Positions 48,267 to 57,055 of a stretch of 64,000 nt of DNA are shown here, in pieces. The first letter of the stretch is position 1. Every line of letters starts with the position of its first letter. Under the pieces are notes generated by a model, which saw only the letters and a program-made list of their open reading frames with translations, ran no database searches and was not told where the DNA came from. Both the position numbers and the translations under genes were made by a program. Origin of the DNA: an uncultured Gammaproteobacteria bacterium (GTDB lineage: Bacteria; Patescibacteriota; Microgenomatia; UBA10105; UBA927); contig CAZSTG010000005.1 of assembly GCA_964609895.1 (NCBI GenBank), forward strand, positions 6,998 to 70,997. Direction: 5' to 3'.

Positions 48267-49832
48267 TTATTTTTTTCTAGTTTTTTTGTGCGACGCTGTC
48301 GTTTTGGCAACCGCAAACCAGATACAGGAAACGACATATACTATACCGAATACCGCGCTTGCCACATCGGCAAGAAATCGTCCTGGTGTTTCGCGGAATT
48401 CCATATACAGATGATGCTTCCCTTCAGGAACCGCAATGCGCATAAACCCGTAAGGGTTATCTGACAGTATTTTTACCGGTGCGTCGTCAAGCATCGCTCC
48501 CCATCCCGGATAATACACAGTGTTTATCTGTAATTCACTCTTGGATTCCGCATCAATCACAACATCTATTCGCTGTGTGGTAATTATTTTTTCTTCTATC
48601 TTTCCGTTGCCCGTAAAGAATTCTACCTTTTTTGTAACGCGCGTCGACATTTGTTTTGCCGCCCAGCGCGGCATATACTCGTCATGCACGGTCGTAGTCG
48701 ATTCGTTCGTCGTAAAATATCCTTCAGGATGTATGACACTTTCCGCCTGTATGTATTGAGTACCCCACACTGCCACCAAAAACATAATCAGACAAACGGC
48801 ATATAAAATCGCCCCTTTTTTTGCCTTATGCAGCGCGGCTCCGATCATCCACGGGCCGACAATAACCATATAGGATAGCCACCGGAATGGAAATTGGATA
48901 ACCTTGACAAAATCCGCTATGCGCCAGAAAAAGGCGCTCGCCCGTGAAGCAAAATAAACACTGACTGCAAAAAACGCAAGAAAAAATACCGTTTCCCTTT
49001 TCTGCTGCATCGGCCGCTTGAATGCCATATATAATGCGGCGATAAAAAACGGAAAGCTTGCGAGCATCAGAGAATTGCTTATGGAAAAATAGGCGCCGGG
49101 ATTGGAAATAACCGTTGTGTCAAAATTGACAAACCGCCGTTCAAACAACGCAGGAAGCCAAAAAAATGAAGACATACCGATGCCAACAATGAACTGCGGC
49201 ATAAGACTCCACTGTTTTTTCAGCATGATGTACAACAGGATCAGAGGAATAAAAAATGCCGCAAGGGTGTTATGACTTATGGCCGTTACCGCAATCACTG
49301 GTGCAAGCAGCCATGTCTTTTTTGACTCCACGATATACATCGCACACGGCAAAAGCCCCAGCACAAGAACCTCCCCCACTGATCCCCTTTTGAACATATC
49401 AAACAGCAGATAGGGCATCAACAGATATGACAACGCGCCTGTTATGCTCGCAATTCCTGAAAATGAACGGCGTAGCCACAAAAACATTCCTATCACCCCG
49501 ATTGCCACTGATCCGACAAGGATTACCTCTACGGATGTCTGAAACGGTACTCCGGCTGCGTGCAGGATGCTTCCGATATACATAAAACCGGGATATAAAA
49601 AGTTCGCGACAGGATACCCATAACTCTGGTTCAACCTGCCTAAAAATCTGACTGGAAACTGACCTTCACGAAAACTTTGGTAAAATGCGGACAAACGGAT
49701 TACCATCCAATTCCCGTCGTCCGTCACCAGCATACCTTCACGAAAAACGGGAAATAACACGACAAAAGCTGCAACGAGCAAGGCACAAATACTGAGCAGC
49801 ACATATATTTTTTTATTCATACGAAGGAACAC
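48267..49832 (-). CDS. 'PTPS-related'-type polytopic membrane protein. Paralog 4 of 4 (divergent motif).
   Basis: MLVTDDGNWMVIRLSAFYQSFREGQFPVRFLGRLNQSYGYPVANFLYP, with TDDG in place of HDG/HDD. C-terminal VYYPGWGAMLDD...PEGKHHLYMEF plus a terminal TM. Confidence 0.6.
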   Translation of the reverse strand: MFLRMNKKIYVLLSICALLVAAFVVLFPVFREGMLVTDDGNWMVIRLSAFYQSFREGQFPVRFLGRLNQSYGYPVANFLYPGFMYIGSILHAAGVPFQTSVEVILVGSVAIGVIGMFLWLRRSFSGIASITGALSYLLMPYLLFDMFKRGSVGEVLVLGLLPCAMYIVESKKTWLLAPVIAVTAISHNTLAAFFIPLILLYIMLKKQWSLMPQFIVGIGMSSFFWLPALFERRFVNFDTTVISNPGAYFSISNSLMLASFPFFIAALYMAFKRPMQQKRETVFFLAFFAVSVYFASRASAFFWRIADFVKVIQFPFRWLSYMVIVGPWMIGAALHKAKKGAILYAVCLIMFLVAVWGTQYIQAESVIHPEGYFTTNESTTTVHDEYMPRWAAKQMSTRVTKKVEFFTGNGKIEEKIITTQRIDVVIDAESKSELQINTVYYPGWGAMLDDAPVKILSDNPYGFMRIAVPEGKHHLYMEFRETPGRFLADVASAVFGIVYVVSCIWFAVAKTTASHKKTRKK

Positions 49833-49833
49833 A

Positions 49834-51357
49834 TTACAGCTTCTTCGGAAGCTCTATTTTGTATAAAAAAGTATATACGTTTTTGCTATTCCCTTTTTGA
49901 TATTTCGAAACCAATGTCATCGGCCATCTGTACGCATTTGCATCCTGTTTTTGATACACAACATAATAGGTATCTTTTTCTTCGGCGGATCGCAGAATCT
50001 CGGATGGTATTATTTCCGGAGGCGGCCATATACCGTGTATTTCAATATTGGCATTCTTCCAAAGGTATATTTCGAGTGCAAACGGATATAAACCGAATGT
50101 TCCCTCCGTATACACCGCTATGGGTTTTCTTTGTGCCTGCGTTTCCAGTATGGCCACAATTTCGTTGGTTCCCCATCCCGACGGCCAGTCATCAATGTAT
50201 TGACCGATGTCGGATTTGGGAATCGGGGCGTGTTGAATATCCGTCACAATCTGTACGGACAATTTGATTGCGGAAAAACATACAAGTCCGACCAGTACCA
50301 TACTCAATAATTTCGGACGGATCTTCTGCAACAGAACATCAAACGTGTACGCGGCAAGGACAAGCAGCGGCATGGACATAAACAGCACATACCGCGGATA
50401 CAGGACTTTCCCGAACAGGGCAAGAGCAAAAAACGGGGCAAACCACCATCCTACCAGCACCAGTTTTTCCATGGGTTTTTTCCAGAACACCACCAGTGAT
50501 GCAAGCGCCGCAATAAAAACGGGCGGAGTCAGATATCTAATCATCCAGTCAAATTCCCCATGCAGATTTCCTCTCCAGAACCGGAACGGGTGTGTCATCC
50601 ATTCGCTGAAAGTATAGATAAATGTCGTATCTTTCTGCGCAATAATGTAAAAATACGGAGACAACCGCAAAATGCTGTAGATTGCCTGAGACAACACGAC
50701 GACAATGAGTGCCAGCCCTCCCCATGTAGCCAATCTTTTCATGACACGCTTCTCTTTATAGTTAAAAAGGAGCAGTGACAGAGGCAACAGATAGAGACTG
50801 AAGTTCGCCGATGTCTTATTGAGCATACCGACACCGATCGACAACCCTAAAATAAGTGCGACATCAAGCCGCAATCGGCGGGCAAGTAATACACTAATAT
50901 AGGAGTTCCAGATAAAAAACGCTGCAACCCACGCGTCATACAGTGCCATACGGTCATACATAACGGTAAACGGACAAATAAGATACAAAAAAGCCGCAAT
51001 GACGCCGATACGCTTGTTTTTAAATAACTCGAAACCCAGCGCATACATACCCCACATTCCTATAAAACCCGCAACAACTGACACCATCCTCCCTGCTTGA
51101 AGCGGATCCGCAATCAGCCGCATAGCAGCCATAACAAACCATGTGAATAAAGGCTGTTTACCATCCGTCAGGGAAATAAACCTCCAAGATGCGTCATTTC
51201 CCCCTATCTGACTCCAGCGAAGATAGATCGCTTCATCTGTGAATATGGGCAATGCGGTAAGATTGGTCAGCCTCGAAATGACGTAAAGAATGGATATGCC
51301 GATCAGCCACGTTATTGGGCTTTTGAGAAGCCGTTTGAGTAATCCCATACTCTCCAT
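49834..51357 (-). CDS. GT-C glycosyltransferase, PMT_2/ArnT (GT39/83)-like.
   Basis: PIFTDEAIYLRWSQIGGNDASWRFISLTDGKQPLFTWFVMA carries the DE...PL loop. Polytopic. Start corrected to MESMGLLKRL (cat 51355-51357). The track's 53-aa N-terminal extension overlaps the upstream gene. Confidence 0.65.
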   Translation of the reverse strand: MESMGLLKRLLKSPITWLIGISILYVISRLTNLTALPIFTDEAIYLRWSQIGGNDASWRFISLTDGKQPLFTWFVMAAMRLIADPLQAGRMVSVVAGFIGMWGMYALGFELFKNKRIGVIAAFLYLICPFTVMYDRMALYDAWVAAFFIWNSYISVLLARRLRLDVALILGLSIGVGMLNKTSANFSLYLLPLSLLLFNYKEKRVMKRLATWGGLALIVVVLSQAIYSILRLSPYFYIIAQKDTTFIYTFSEWMTHPFRFWRGNLHGEFDWMIRYLTPPVFIAALASLVVFWKKPMEKLVLVGWWFAPFFALALFGKVLYPRYVLFMSMPLLVLAAYTFDVLLQKIRPKLLSMVLVGLVCFSAIKLSVQIVTDIQHAPIPKSDIGQYIDDWPSGWGTNEIVAILETQAQRKPIAVYTEGTFGLYPFALEIYLWKNANIEIHGIWPPPEIIPSEILRSAEEKDTYYVVYQKQDANAYRWPMTLVSKYQKGNSKNVYTFLYKIELPKKL

Positions 51358-51374
51358 TATAACGGAATAAACAG

Positions 51375-52562
51375 CTATCTTACAAATACCTCCCCTTGCT
51401 GCTTTTTCGCATGCATCCGCTTCTTTCTTCCTTCTCCTATGATTGCAATTAGGACACTCAACACAATCGGTACCCATGTCACCCAGAGTTTTATCAGCGG
51501 CACCGGTGCATTCCAATTGCCAAAATACAAAAACGGAGCATACTGAAGCAAAAATCCGAGAGATACACCTGCACTGACAATCAACACTGCAGTCAAATCA
51601 GGCACCAGCGCGACAAACGGAACAATCCACACCCAATACCATGATAGTGCTTCACGCTGCGTTAATACGGCCAAAAAACCGATGACCATACAACTGAGGG
51701 TTATGCGACGCTTCCAACCAGTAAAAAATGCCGGAATCAAAAAAATCGTCATCAACTTCATGGCGACGGATCCGGACAGAAGCAGCCATGACAACCATTT
51801 TCTGTTTTTCCTATAGAGAATAATGGCCCATATGGCCAGAGCCATCATAACGATATCATTGTGCGGACTCACCAGACATTCAATAATTATTAAGGGGTTA
51901 AACGCAAATACCGCAATGCCGAACACAGCTCTCTCGGCATCTTCATGCTCCAGAATTTTTCCAATTCCCATTGCCACAGCAATATACGCCAACGCTATGA
52001 GCAGTTTTAGATTCCAGATAAGTGGAAGAAAATATCCGAATCCGAAAAAAAACGGCACCAGGGTCACCATAATCCATAACGGTGTGTATGCACTTGCAAG
52101 ATGTGTCCAATGCATGAAGGAAAGCCATGAATCAAATCCCGCAAACTGAAGCGGAGTCACAAGATATGGATTTTTATGATAGATAAGCACGGTTTTGGCG
52201 GTAAACAGGTAATTAAAAAAATCATACGAAAATGCGGGATACGAAAACACCGTTGCCAAAACAAGCACGGCAATAATAGTCCATACTTCTCTGCCATGCA
52301 GTTTTTGGTTTTTCACCATCTTCAATACGAAGGCATACAATACAAACAACGAAAGTATGAGTCCGACGAACATGCCTGTTGACAGTGGACGATCAAAATA
52401 TCCGATATGTTGAAACCACGTCTGAATGGAACGCCATATACTGACATTCGTAAGCGTCAACGCCAGATCCACCTGTGTATATGAATACGCAAAAAGCAGT
52501 ACGCCAACAAGCGCATATGCGGCAACAAAAATCCAGCCAAGGGGCGAAATGTGTTTTTTCAT
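51375..52562 (-). CDS. Polytopic membrane protein, unknown GT-C-like family. Paralog of 18142..19263.
   Basis: Shares SYDFFNYLFTAKTVLIYHKNPYLVTPL and AFNPLIIIECLVSPHNDIVMM blocks with 18142..19263. Start corrected to MKKHISPL (cat 52560-52562). Confidence 0.5.
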   Translation of the reverse strand: MKKHISPLGWIFVAAYALVGVLLFAYSYTQVDLALTLTNVSIWRSIQTWFQHIGYFDRPLSTGMFVGLILSLFVLYAFVLKMVKNQKLHGREVWTIIAVLVLATVFSYPAFSYDFFNYLFTAKTVLIYHKNPYLVTPLQFAGFDSWLSFMHWTHLASAYTPLWIMVTLVPFFFGFGYFLPLIWNLKLLIALAYIAVAMGIGKILEHEDAERAVFGIAVFAFNPLIIIECLVSPHNDIVMMALAIWAIILYRKNRKWLSWLLLSGSVAMKLMTIFLIPAFFTGWKRRITLSCMVIGFLAVLTQREALSWYWVWIVPFVALVPDLTAVLIVSAGVSLGFLLQYAPFLYFGNWNAPVPLIKLWVTWVPIVLSVLIAIIGEGRKKRMHAKKQQGEVFVR

Positions 52563-52569
52563 GAATATG

Positions 52570-53328
52570 TTACTGTTTCCGGTAAATGCCTTTCCATGCA
52601 TTGATCCGGATATGCAGTATATCAAGAAGTCCTTCCCATGAATCCTTCAGAGGATTGACCCGCCGTGTTTCCACATAGTGCCACTCAACGGGAATTTCCC
52701 TGATTTTATATCCGAGTGTTTTTGCTAGAAACAACACTTCTATATCAAATCCGGCCGTCACCATGGCGCCCGTTACTGTTTTTTGTTTCCCGTACAAGGA
52801 TAAATGACGGAAAATATCCTGTGCGACTTCACGTTTAAATGCCTTAAAACCGCACTGTGTGTCGGAAATCCCCTTCAGTCCAAGAATCACCGTCCGAAGC
52901 AGCATAAATCCGCGTGCCATTATCCGACGCAACAATGGTGCTCCCTCTCTTTTGCTTTTCCGTGATCCGATGACTACATCAAATCCTTTTTCAAACCATG
53001 GAAGCAGTTTTTCAACCTCAGGAAGCGGCGTTGCCTGATCCAAATCACTGAAAAGCACCATCTTTCCCTTTGCTGCAAAAATGCCTGTCATCACTGTTGC
53101 AGCCTTGCCTTGATGCGGATTCCGGATAATCCTGACGCGGGAATGCTTACCGATACACTCCTCCGTAAGGTTTACCGTGTTATCCGACGAACCGTCATCC
53201 ACCACAATAAGTTCCCATGCGTATGTTCTTGCCTCAAGATACCGAAGCACTTTGTCAAAAGCGCCGAGGCGAATATTTGTTTCTTCGTTATATGCGGGGA
53301 TGACAACCGATAAAAAAGGTATTTCCAT
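52570..53328 (-). CDS. Glycosyltransferase family 2, Dpm1/GtrB-like polyprenyl-phosphate sugar synthase.
   Basis: LSVVIPAYNEETNI...LIVVDDGSSDNT...FSDLDQATP...VVIGSR. About 250 aa with no TM, a classic DPM1-type architecture. Confidence 0.8.
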   Translation of the reverse strand: MEIPFLSVVIPAYNEETNIRLGAFDKVLRYLEARTYAWELIVVDDGSSDNTVNLTEECIGKHSRVRIIRNPHQGKAATVMTGIFAAKGKMVLFSDLDQATPLPEVEKLLPWFEKGFDVVIGSRKSKREGAPLLRRIMARGFMLLRTVILGLKGISDTQCGFKAFKREVAQDIFRHLSLYGKQKTVTGAMVTAGFDIEVLFLAKTLGYKIREIPVEWHYVETRRVNPLKDSWEGLLDILHIRINAWKGIYRKQ

Positions 53329-53331
53329 ATA

Positions 53332-54873
53332 CTACTCTCTATAATGAACGAGTTTATATATTTTAACAACTGACACATCCCATACGCCAGCAATCTCCGC
53401 TCTCCCAAAGCCTGCGACTTCCCAAAGTGAATTCCCGAGGGGCTGACAGAAAATATCTTCGCACACAATCAAAAGCTGCTCCGTCACTGTATTCCGCTGG
53501 GGATCGTTTTCTGCATTTTCAATTACAACGGGCTTGTGATTCCATATCTCAAAAAAATACCGATATGCATGATCGGAATTGCCGGTTGTGATGAGCGCAA
53601 AATTAAATGGCTTGCCGTCTGTATGGCTGACGATTTCTTTTGCAATGTTTTCCACCTGTGACAACTGGTTATTTGGCGCAAACACAAACGGTCGCCCCTG
53701 CCAGTTGAAAGCAAGAAGTGCGGCAATACACAGGCCTCCTGCAATTTTCCCGATTCCTCGGATATGGAACACATCAACCAAAAAAAGCGCCGTCAGAAAA
53801 AACGGCAGCGGATACATGATGCCGAAGTAATAATCATATATGTTTTTCTTATATACCCCAAAGAAAAATAGCGGAACGATAAGCCATGCAAGCATCATGA
53901 AAAATGTATGCATATCTTTTTCGCTCTTGTTTTTTCTCGATCTGATATAGTGAGTCAGAAGCGCACATAACCCGCCGAGTGCAAGCAACACTTCTCCTAA
54001 AATCCACATGTTTTTCATGGGTTGTTTAATTCCTCCCAATGTTCCCGCTTCAGGAATGCGGAGAAGAAATCTCCCAAACAGACGCAAGAACACATCCTGC
54101 ATGTTTCCCATAAAATGTGACAGGACAAACCCCGTGTCCTTACCGGCGAAAATAAACTCAAGAATGGCGCGCGTGTTTAAAAATCCGTGACGTACCTCAA
54201 ACGCCAAAAAAGGCGAAAATCCGACGACGACACCGAGCATGCCCAAAAGAATATCGCGAATCTTCACACGTTGTATGGAAAAAAGAACAATAACCACCTC
54301 GGCAACGATAAGAAACAGATACGTGTAATGCAGCTGTATCCCGATGCCTGCACACAGACCGACCCAAAACAGCAATGAGAAGTTTCGCTTCTCCCGTGCT
54401 AACCAGAGAAGATACAAAGAAAGCAAGGCAAAAAACGGTACGATGTTCGGATTCCACGAGGATCTAGAAAAGGAAATGACAATAGGCGACACTGCATACA
54501 GCGCGGCAGCTAGAAGTCCAACAGGTTTGGAAAACCATTTGGTTCCAACAAGATATGTCAAACAGACTGTCGCAATCCCAAACAAGGCAACCATGACTGC
54601 AGGACCCACGGGATTTAGTTTCCATGCCCACAGAAACGGTGCCATGAAATAATAATACACAGGTCCCATAAAAAATCCGCCGACAGATGCGGTCGGACCA
54701 AGCAGGGTAAATTTTCCGTCAACGATCATCCGTTTGACCACCAGTACGTCACGACCTTCATCGCCGAGAAACGTCATGTATTCATTGATTTTATACAGCC
54801 GAAGATACGCAGCTACAGCAAGAATAACAAGAAGCGGAATCCACTGAATAGCACGCCTGACAACATGTTTCAT
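53332..54873 (-). CDS. GT-C membrane glycosyltransferase, ArnT-like. Paralog of 28005..29477.
   Basis: LRLYKINEYMTFLGDEGRDVLVVKRMIVDGKFTLLGPTASVGGFFMGPVYYYF. 513 aa, polytopic. Confidence 0.55.
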   Translation of the reverse strand: MKHVVRRAIQWIPLLVILAVAAYLRLYKINEYMTFLGDEGRDVLVVKRMIVDGKFTLLGPTASVGGFFMGPVYYYFMAPFLWAWKLNPVGPAVMVALFGIATVCLTYLVGTKWFSKPVGLLAAALYAVSPIVISFSRSSWNPNIVPFFALLSLYLLWLAREKRNFSLLFWVGLCAGIGIQLHYTYLFLIVAEVVIVLFSIQRVKIRDILLGMLGVVVGFSPFLAFEVRHGFLNTRAILEFIFAGKDTGFVLSHFMGNMQDVFLRLFGRFLLRIPEAGTLGGIKQPMKNMWILGEVLLALGGLCALLTHYIRSRKNKSEKDMHTFFMMLAWLIVPLFFFGVYKKNIYDYYFGIMYPLPFFLTALFLVDVFHIRGIGKIAGGLCIAALLAFNWQGRPFVFAPNNQLSQVENIAKEIVSHTDGKPFNFALITTGNSDHAYRYFFEIWNHKPVVIENAENDPQRNTVTEQLLIVCEDIFCQPLGNSLWEVAGFGRAEIAGVWDVSVVKIYKLVHYRE

Positions 54874-54879
54874 AAATAA

Positions 54880-56004
54880 TTACGTCCGTTTTTTCCAGAT
54901 AACGCGGGAATACATACCGTAATTCCACAGCATCAATAGCGATGTACCGATTAAAAAGTATAGGAAATATAATGATTCTCCGAACAGACGTGTTCCCAAT
55001 TCTATTGTTCCCGTCTGAATGAAAATTACCCCGAACAGTGATGTTCCGTAAAACTGCACCAACTTCAACACATACGATTGAACCGATGTGATTTTCTGTT
55101 CCTTGAACGTCCACACGTTGTTAAGGTTAAAATTAGAAAATATTGCGGCCGCCGCGCCAATAAGGTTGGCAATTGATGCTGTCAGTCCGACCCATTCACG
55201 AAATATGACAAGAAGAACGGCATTCAGAATAAATCCGATGCCTCCGACAACCAGAAATTTTCCAAATGCTCCGTATCGGATGTCATGAACAAGTGACGAT
55301 GCCACATACAATAATACGTTTTTTATATATTCCCCCGGTGCAATTTTGGAATGTCCGTATTTCCTGTCTGTAAAATGAATCGGCACTTCTACAATCTTGG
55401 CGCCGTGGGCAATTGCCTTATGCAAAAATGCTATCTGGAATACATACCCGCTGTATGCTTTCATTTCACCGGCAAATTGCTCATAATATTTTTTCCTGTA
55501 TGCACGAAATCCGCCTGTCCAATCGTGTGTTTTGGGAAACCGTAACCCGAATCTGACAATCGCATTGCCGACAATGCTGAAAATTTTCCGGTGCAGTCCC
55601 CAGTTTTCCGGTATTGATCCGTTTTTGATATACCGGCTTCCCACAACAAAATCCGCCCCGTCATCGATGGCCTGCATAAACAAGGGGATTCGCGTAGGAT
55701 CATGGGATAAATCACAATCCATTTGTATAATAATCTCTGCCTGCAGATGCTCCACTGCATACGCCATTCCGCGAAGTAGTGCCCTTCCTAATCCTTCCTT
55801 TTTTCCTGTGATGATATGCGTATCTTTATGTGTTTTCATGTACGCATGCACAACGTCTCCGGTACCATCAGGAGACAAGTCGTCCACGACCAGAAACGCC
55901 ATCACATGATTCTTTATCCTGCCGGCCTGCTCATGAAGTGCGTCAAGCAGCGTGATAATATTTTCACGTTCATTGTACGTTGGGAGGATAATGACCGTCT
56001 TCAT
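54880..56004 (-). CDS. GT2 Dpm1/GtrB-like synthase fused to a C-terminal GtrA-like 4-TM domain.
   Basis: MKTVIILPTYNERENI...LVVDDLSPDGT...QMDCDLSHDP...VVGSRY, then GKFLVVGGIGFILNAVLLVIFREWVGLT...FSNFNLNNVWTFK, which is a GtrA-family signature. Start corrected to M44 (cat 56002-56004). Confidence 0.75.
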   Translation of the reverse strand: MKTVIILPTYNERENIITLLDALHEQAGRIKNHVMAFLVVDDLSPDGTGDVVHAYMKTHKDTHIITGKKEGLGRALLRGMAYAVEHLQAEIIIQMDCDLSHDPTRIPLFMQAIDDGADFVVGSRYIKNGSIPENWGLHRKIFSIVGNAIVRFGLRFPKTHDWTGGFRAYRKKYYEQFAGEMKAYSGYVFQIAFLHKAIAHGAKIVEVPIHFTDRKYGHSKIAPGEYIKNVLLYVASSLVHDIRYGAFGKFLVVGGIGFILNAVLLVIFREWVGLTASIANLIGAAAAIFSNFNLNNVWTFKEQKITSVQSYVLKLVQFYGTSLFGVIFIQTGTIELGTRLFGESLYFLYFLIGTSLLMLWNYGMYSRVIWKKRT

Positions 56005-56029
56005 ACAGTTTTCCGGTCCGTTTGACAGG

Positions 56030-56989
56030 TTAGACCCGTTCTCGCCAATAGTTGAGAAGGTCTTCCATTGTTTTTTCAAATGGGATTTCCGGCTTCCATC
56101 CTGTTTTTGCCACAAATTTACTATTGTCGCCAATAAGAACCGGAACTTCAGACGGACGCATACGTGCTGGATCCTGTCTGATCTCCACTTTCACTTTACT
56201 CATGCCGATAAGCATATTGAGCATGTCTTTGATCACGACTGCGTTCCCTGTACAGATATTATATACGTCTCCCGCATCGCATTTTTCAACTGCAAGCAGG
56301 TATCCTCGCACCATATCACGGACATCCGTCCAGTCCCGTTGCGCTTCAAGATTACCGACATGGATCACCGGTTCCAGTTTGCCTTTTTCTATCATCGCAA
56401 TCTGTTTTGCAAAATTGGATGTTACAAATGTCTCACCGCGTCTCGGACCGGTGTGATTGAATCCTCTTGTTCGGATAATGTTCATGCCATAGGAGCAAAA
56501 ATATTGATATCCGAGATAGTCCATGGCAACTTTTGAAACGCCGTATGGGCTCTGTGGCCGAAGCGGATTTGTCTCCTTAATCGGCACTTCATCCGGATGA
56601 ACCAACCCATATTCTTCACTTGAACATGCAATCTGGATGGCAGGATTGATTTTCGCCTGACGAACCGCTTCAAAAAGGTTTGCTGATCCGATAATGTTGA
56701 CTTCCAGTGTTACAGACGGTGATACCCATGATGTTGGAACGAAGGACTGGGCTGCAAGATGAAAAATATAATCAGGACGAATCCTTGAAATGGTTCCGTA
56801 TAAACTATGGGAATCTAAAATATCAGCATCTTCCAAATGGAGTTGTGGTTTAATGCCTTCAATAAGATCCATGCGGGATCGAGGCCTGCTTAATCCATAG
56901 ACTTCAAAACCTTTGGAAAGCAAAAGTTCCGCCATGTGGCTTCCTACGAAACCACCGATTCCTGTTATAAGTGCTTTTTTAGCTGCCAT
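56030..56989 (-). CDS. GDP-4-keto-6-deoxy-D-mannose reductase (Rmd)-like short-chain dehydrogenase.
   Basis: KKALITGIGGFVGSHMAELL...PYGVSKVAMD (YxxxK)...DPARMRPSEV...KTGWKPEI parallels Rmd (DPARMRRAE...TGWKPEI). 319 aa. AGGAGG lies 10 nt upstream. Confidence 0.6.
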   Translation of the reverse strand: MAAKKALITGIGGFVGSHMAELLLSKGFEVYGLSRPRSRMDLIEGIKPQLHLEDADILDSHSLYGTISRIRPDYIFHLAAQSFVPTSWVSPSVTLEVNIIGSANLFEAVRQAKINPAIQIACSSEEYGLVHPDEVPIKETNPLRPQSPYGVSKVAMDYLGYQYFCSYGMNIIRTRGFNHTGPRRGETFVTSNFAKQIAMIEKGKLEPVIHVGNLEAQRDWTDVRDMVRGYLLAVEKCDAGDVYNICTGNAVVIKDMLNMLIGMSKVKVEIRQDPARMRPSEVPVLIGDNSKFVAKTGWKPEIPFEKTMEDLLNYWRERV

Positions 56990-57055
56990 ACAGATGTTCC
57001 TCCTTACCTTTCTAGAATGTAGGTATATTATACCGTAAACTTTTATAAAACGATA
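56990..57055 (-). promoter_or_regulatory. Putative internal sigma70-type promoter plus RBS for the rmd-like gene.
   Basis: On the minus strand: ...TTTACGGTATAATATACC...AAGGAGGAACATCTGATG. TATAAT is the rc of 57027-57032 and AGGAGG is the rc of about 57008-57013. This is one of the very few gaps over 60 nt in the window. Confidence 0.4.

Noticed and set aside
51358-51516. N-terminal 53-aa extension of ORF 49834..51516 containing 'CVECPNCNHRRRKK' (looks like a zinc-ribbon).
   Set aside because: The extension lies entirely within the 3' end of the upstream gene 51375..52625 in another frame. An internal ATG (MESMGLLKRL) at 51357 gives a compact junction. Most likely not translated.
55952-56536. 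194-aa and 134-aa plus-strand ORFs.
   Set aside because: Antisense to the Rmd-like gene, which has clear SDR motifs. Spurious.
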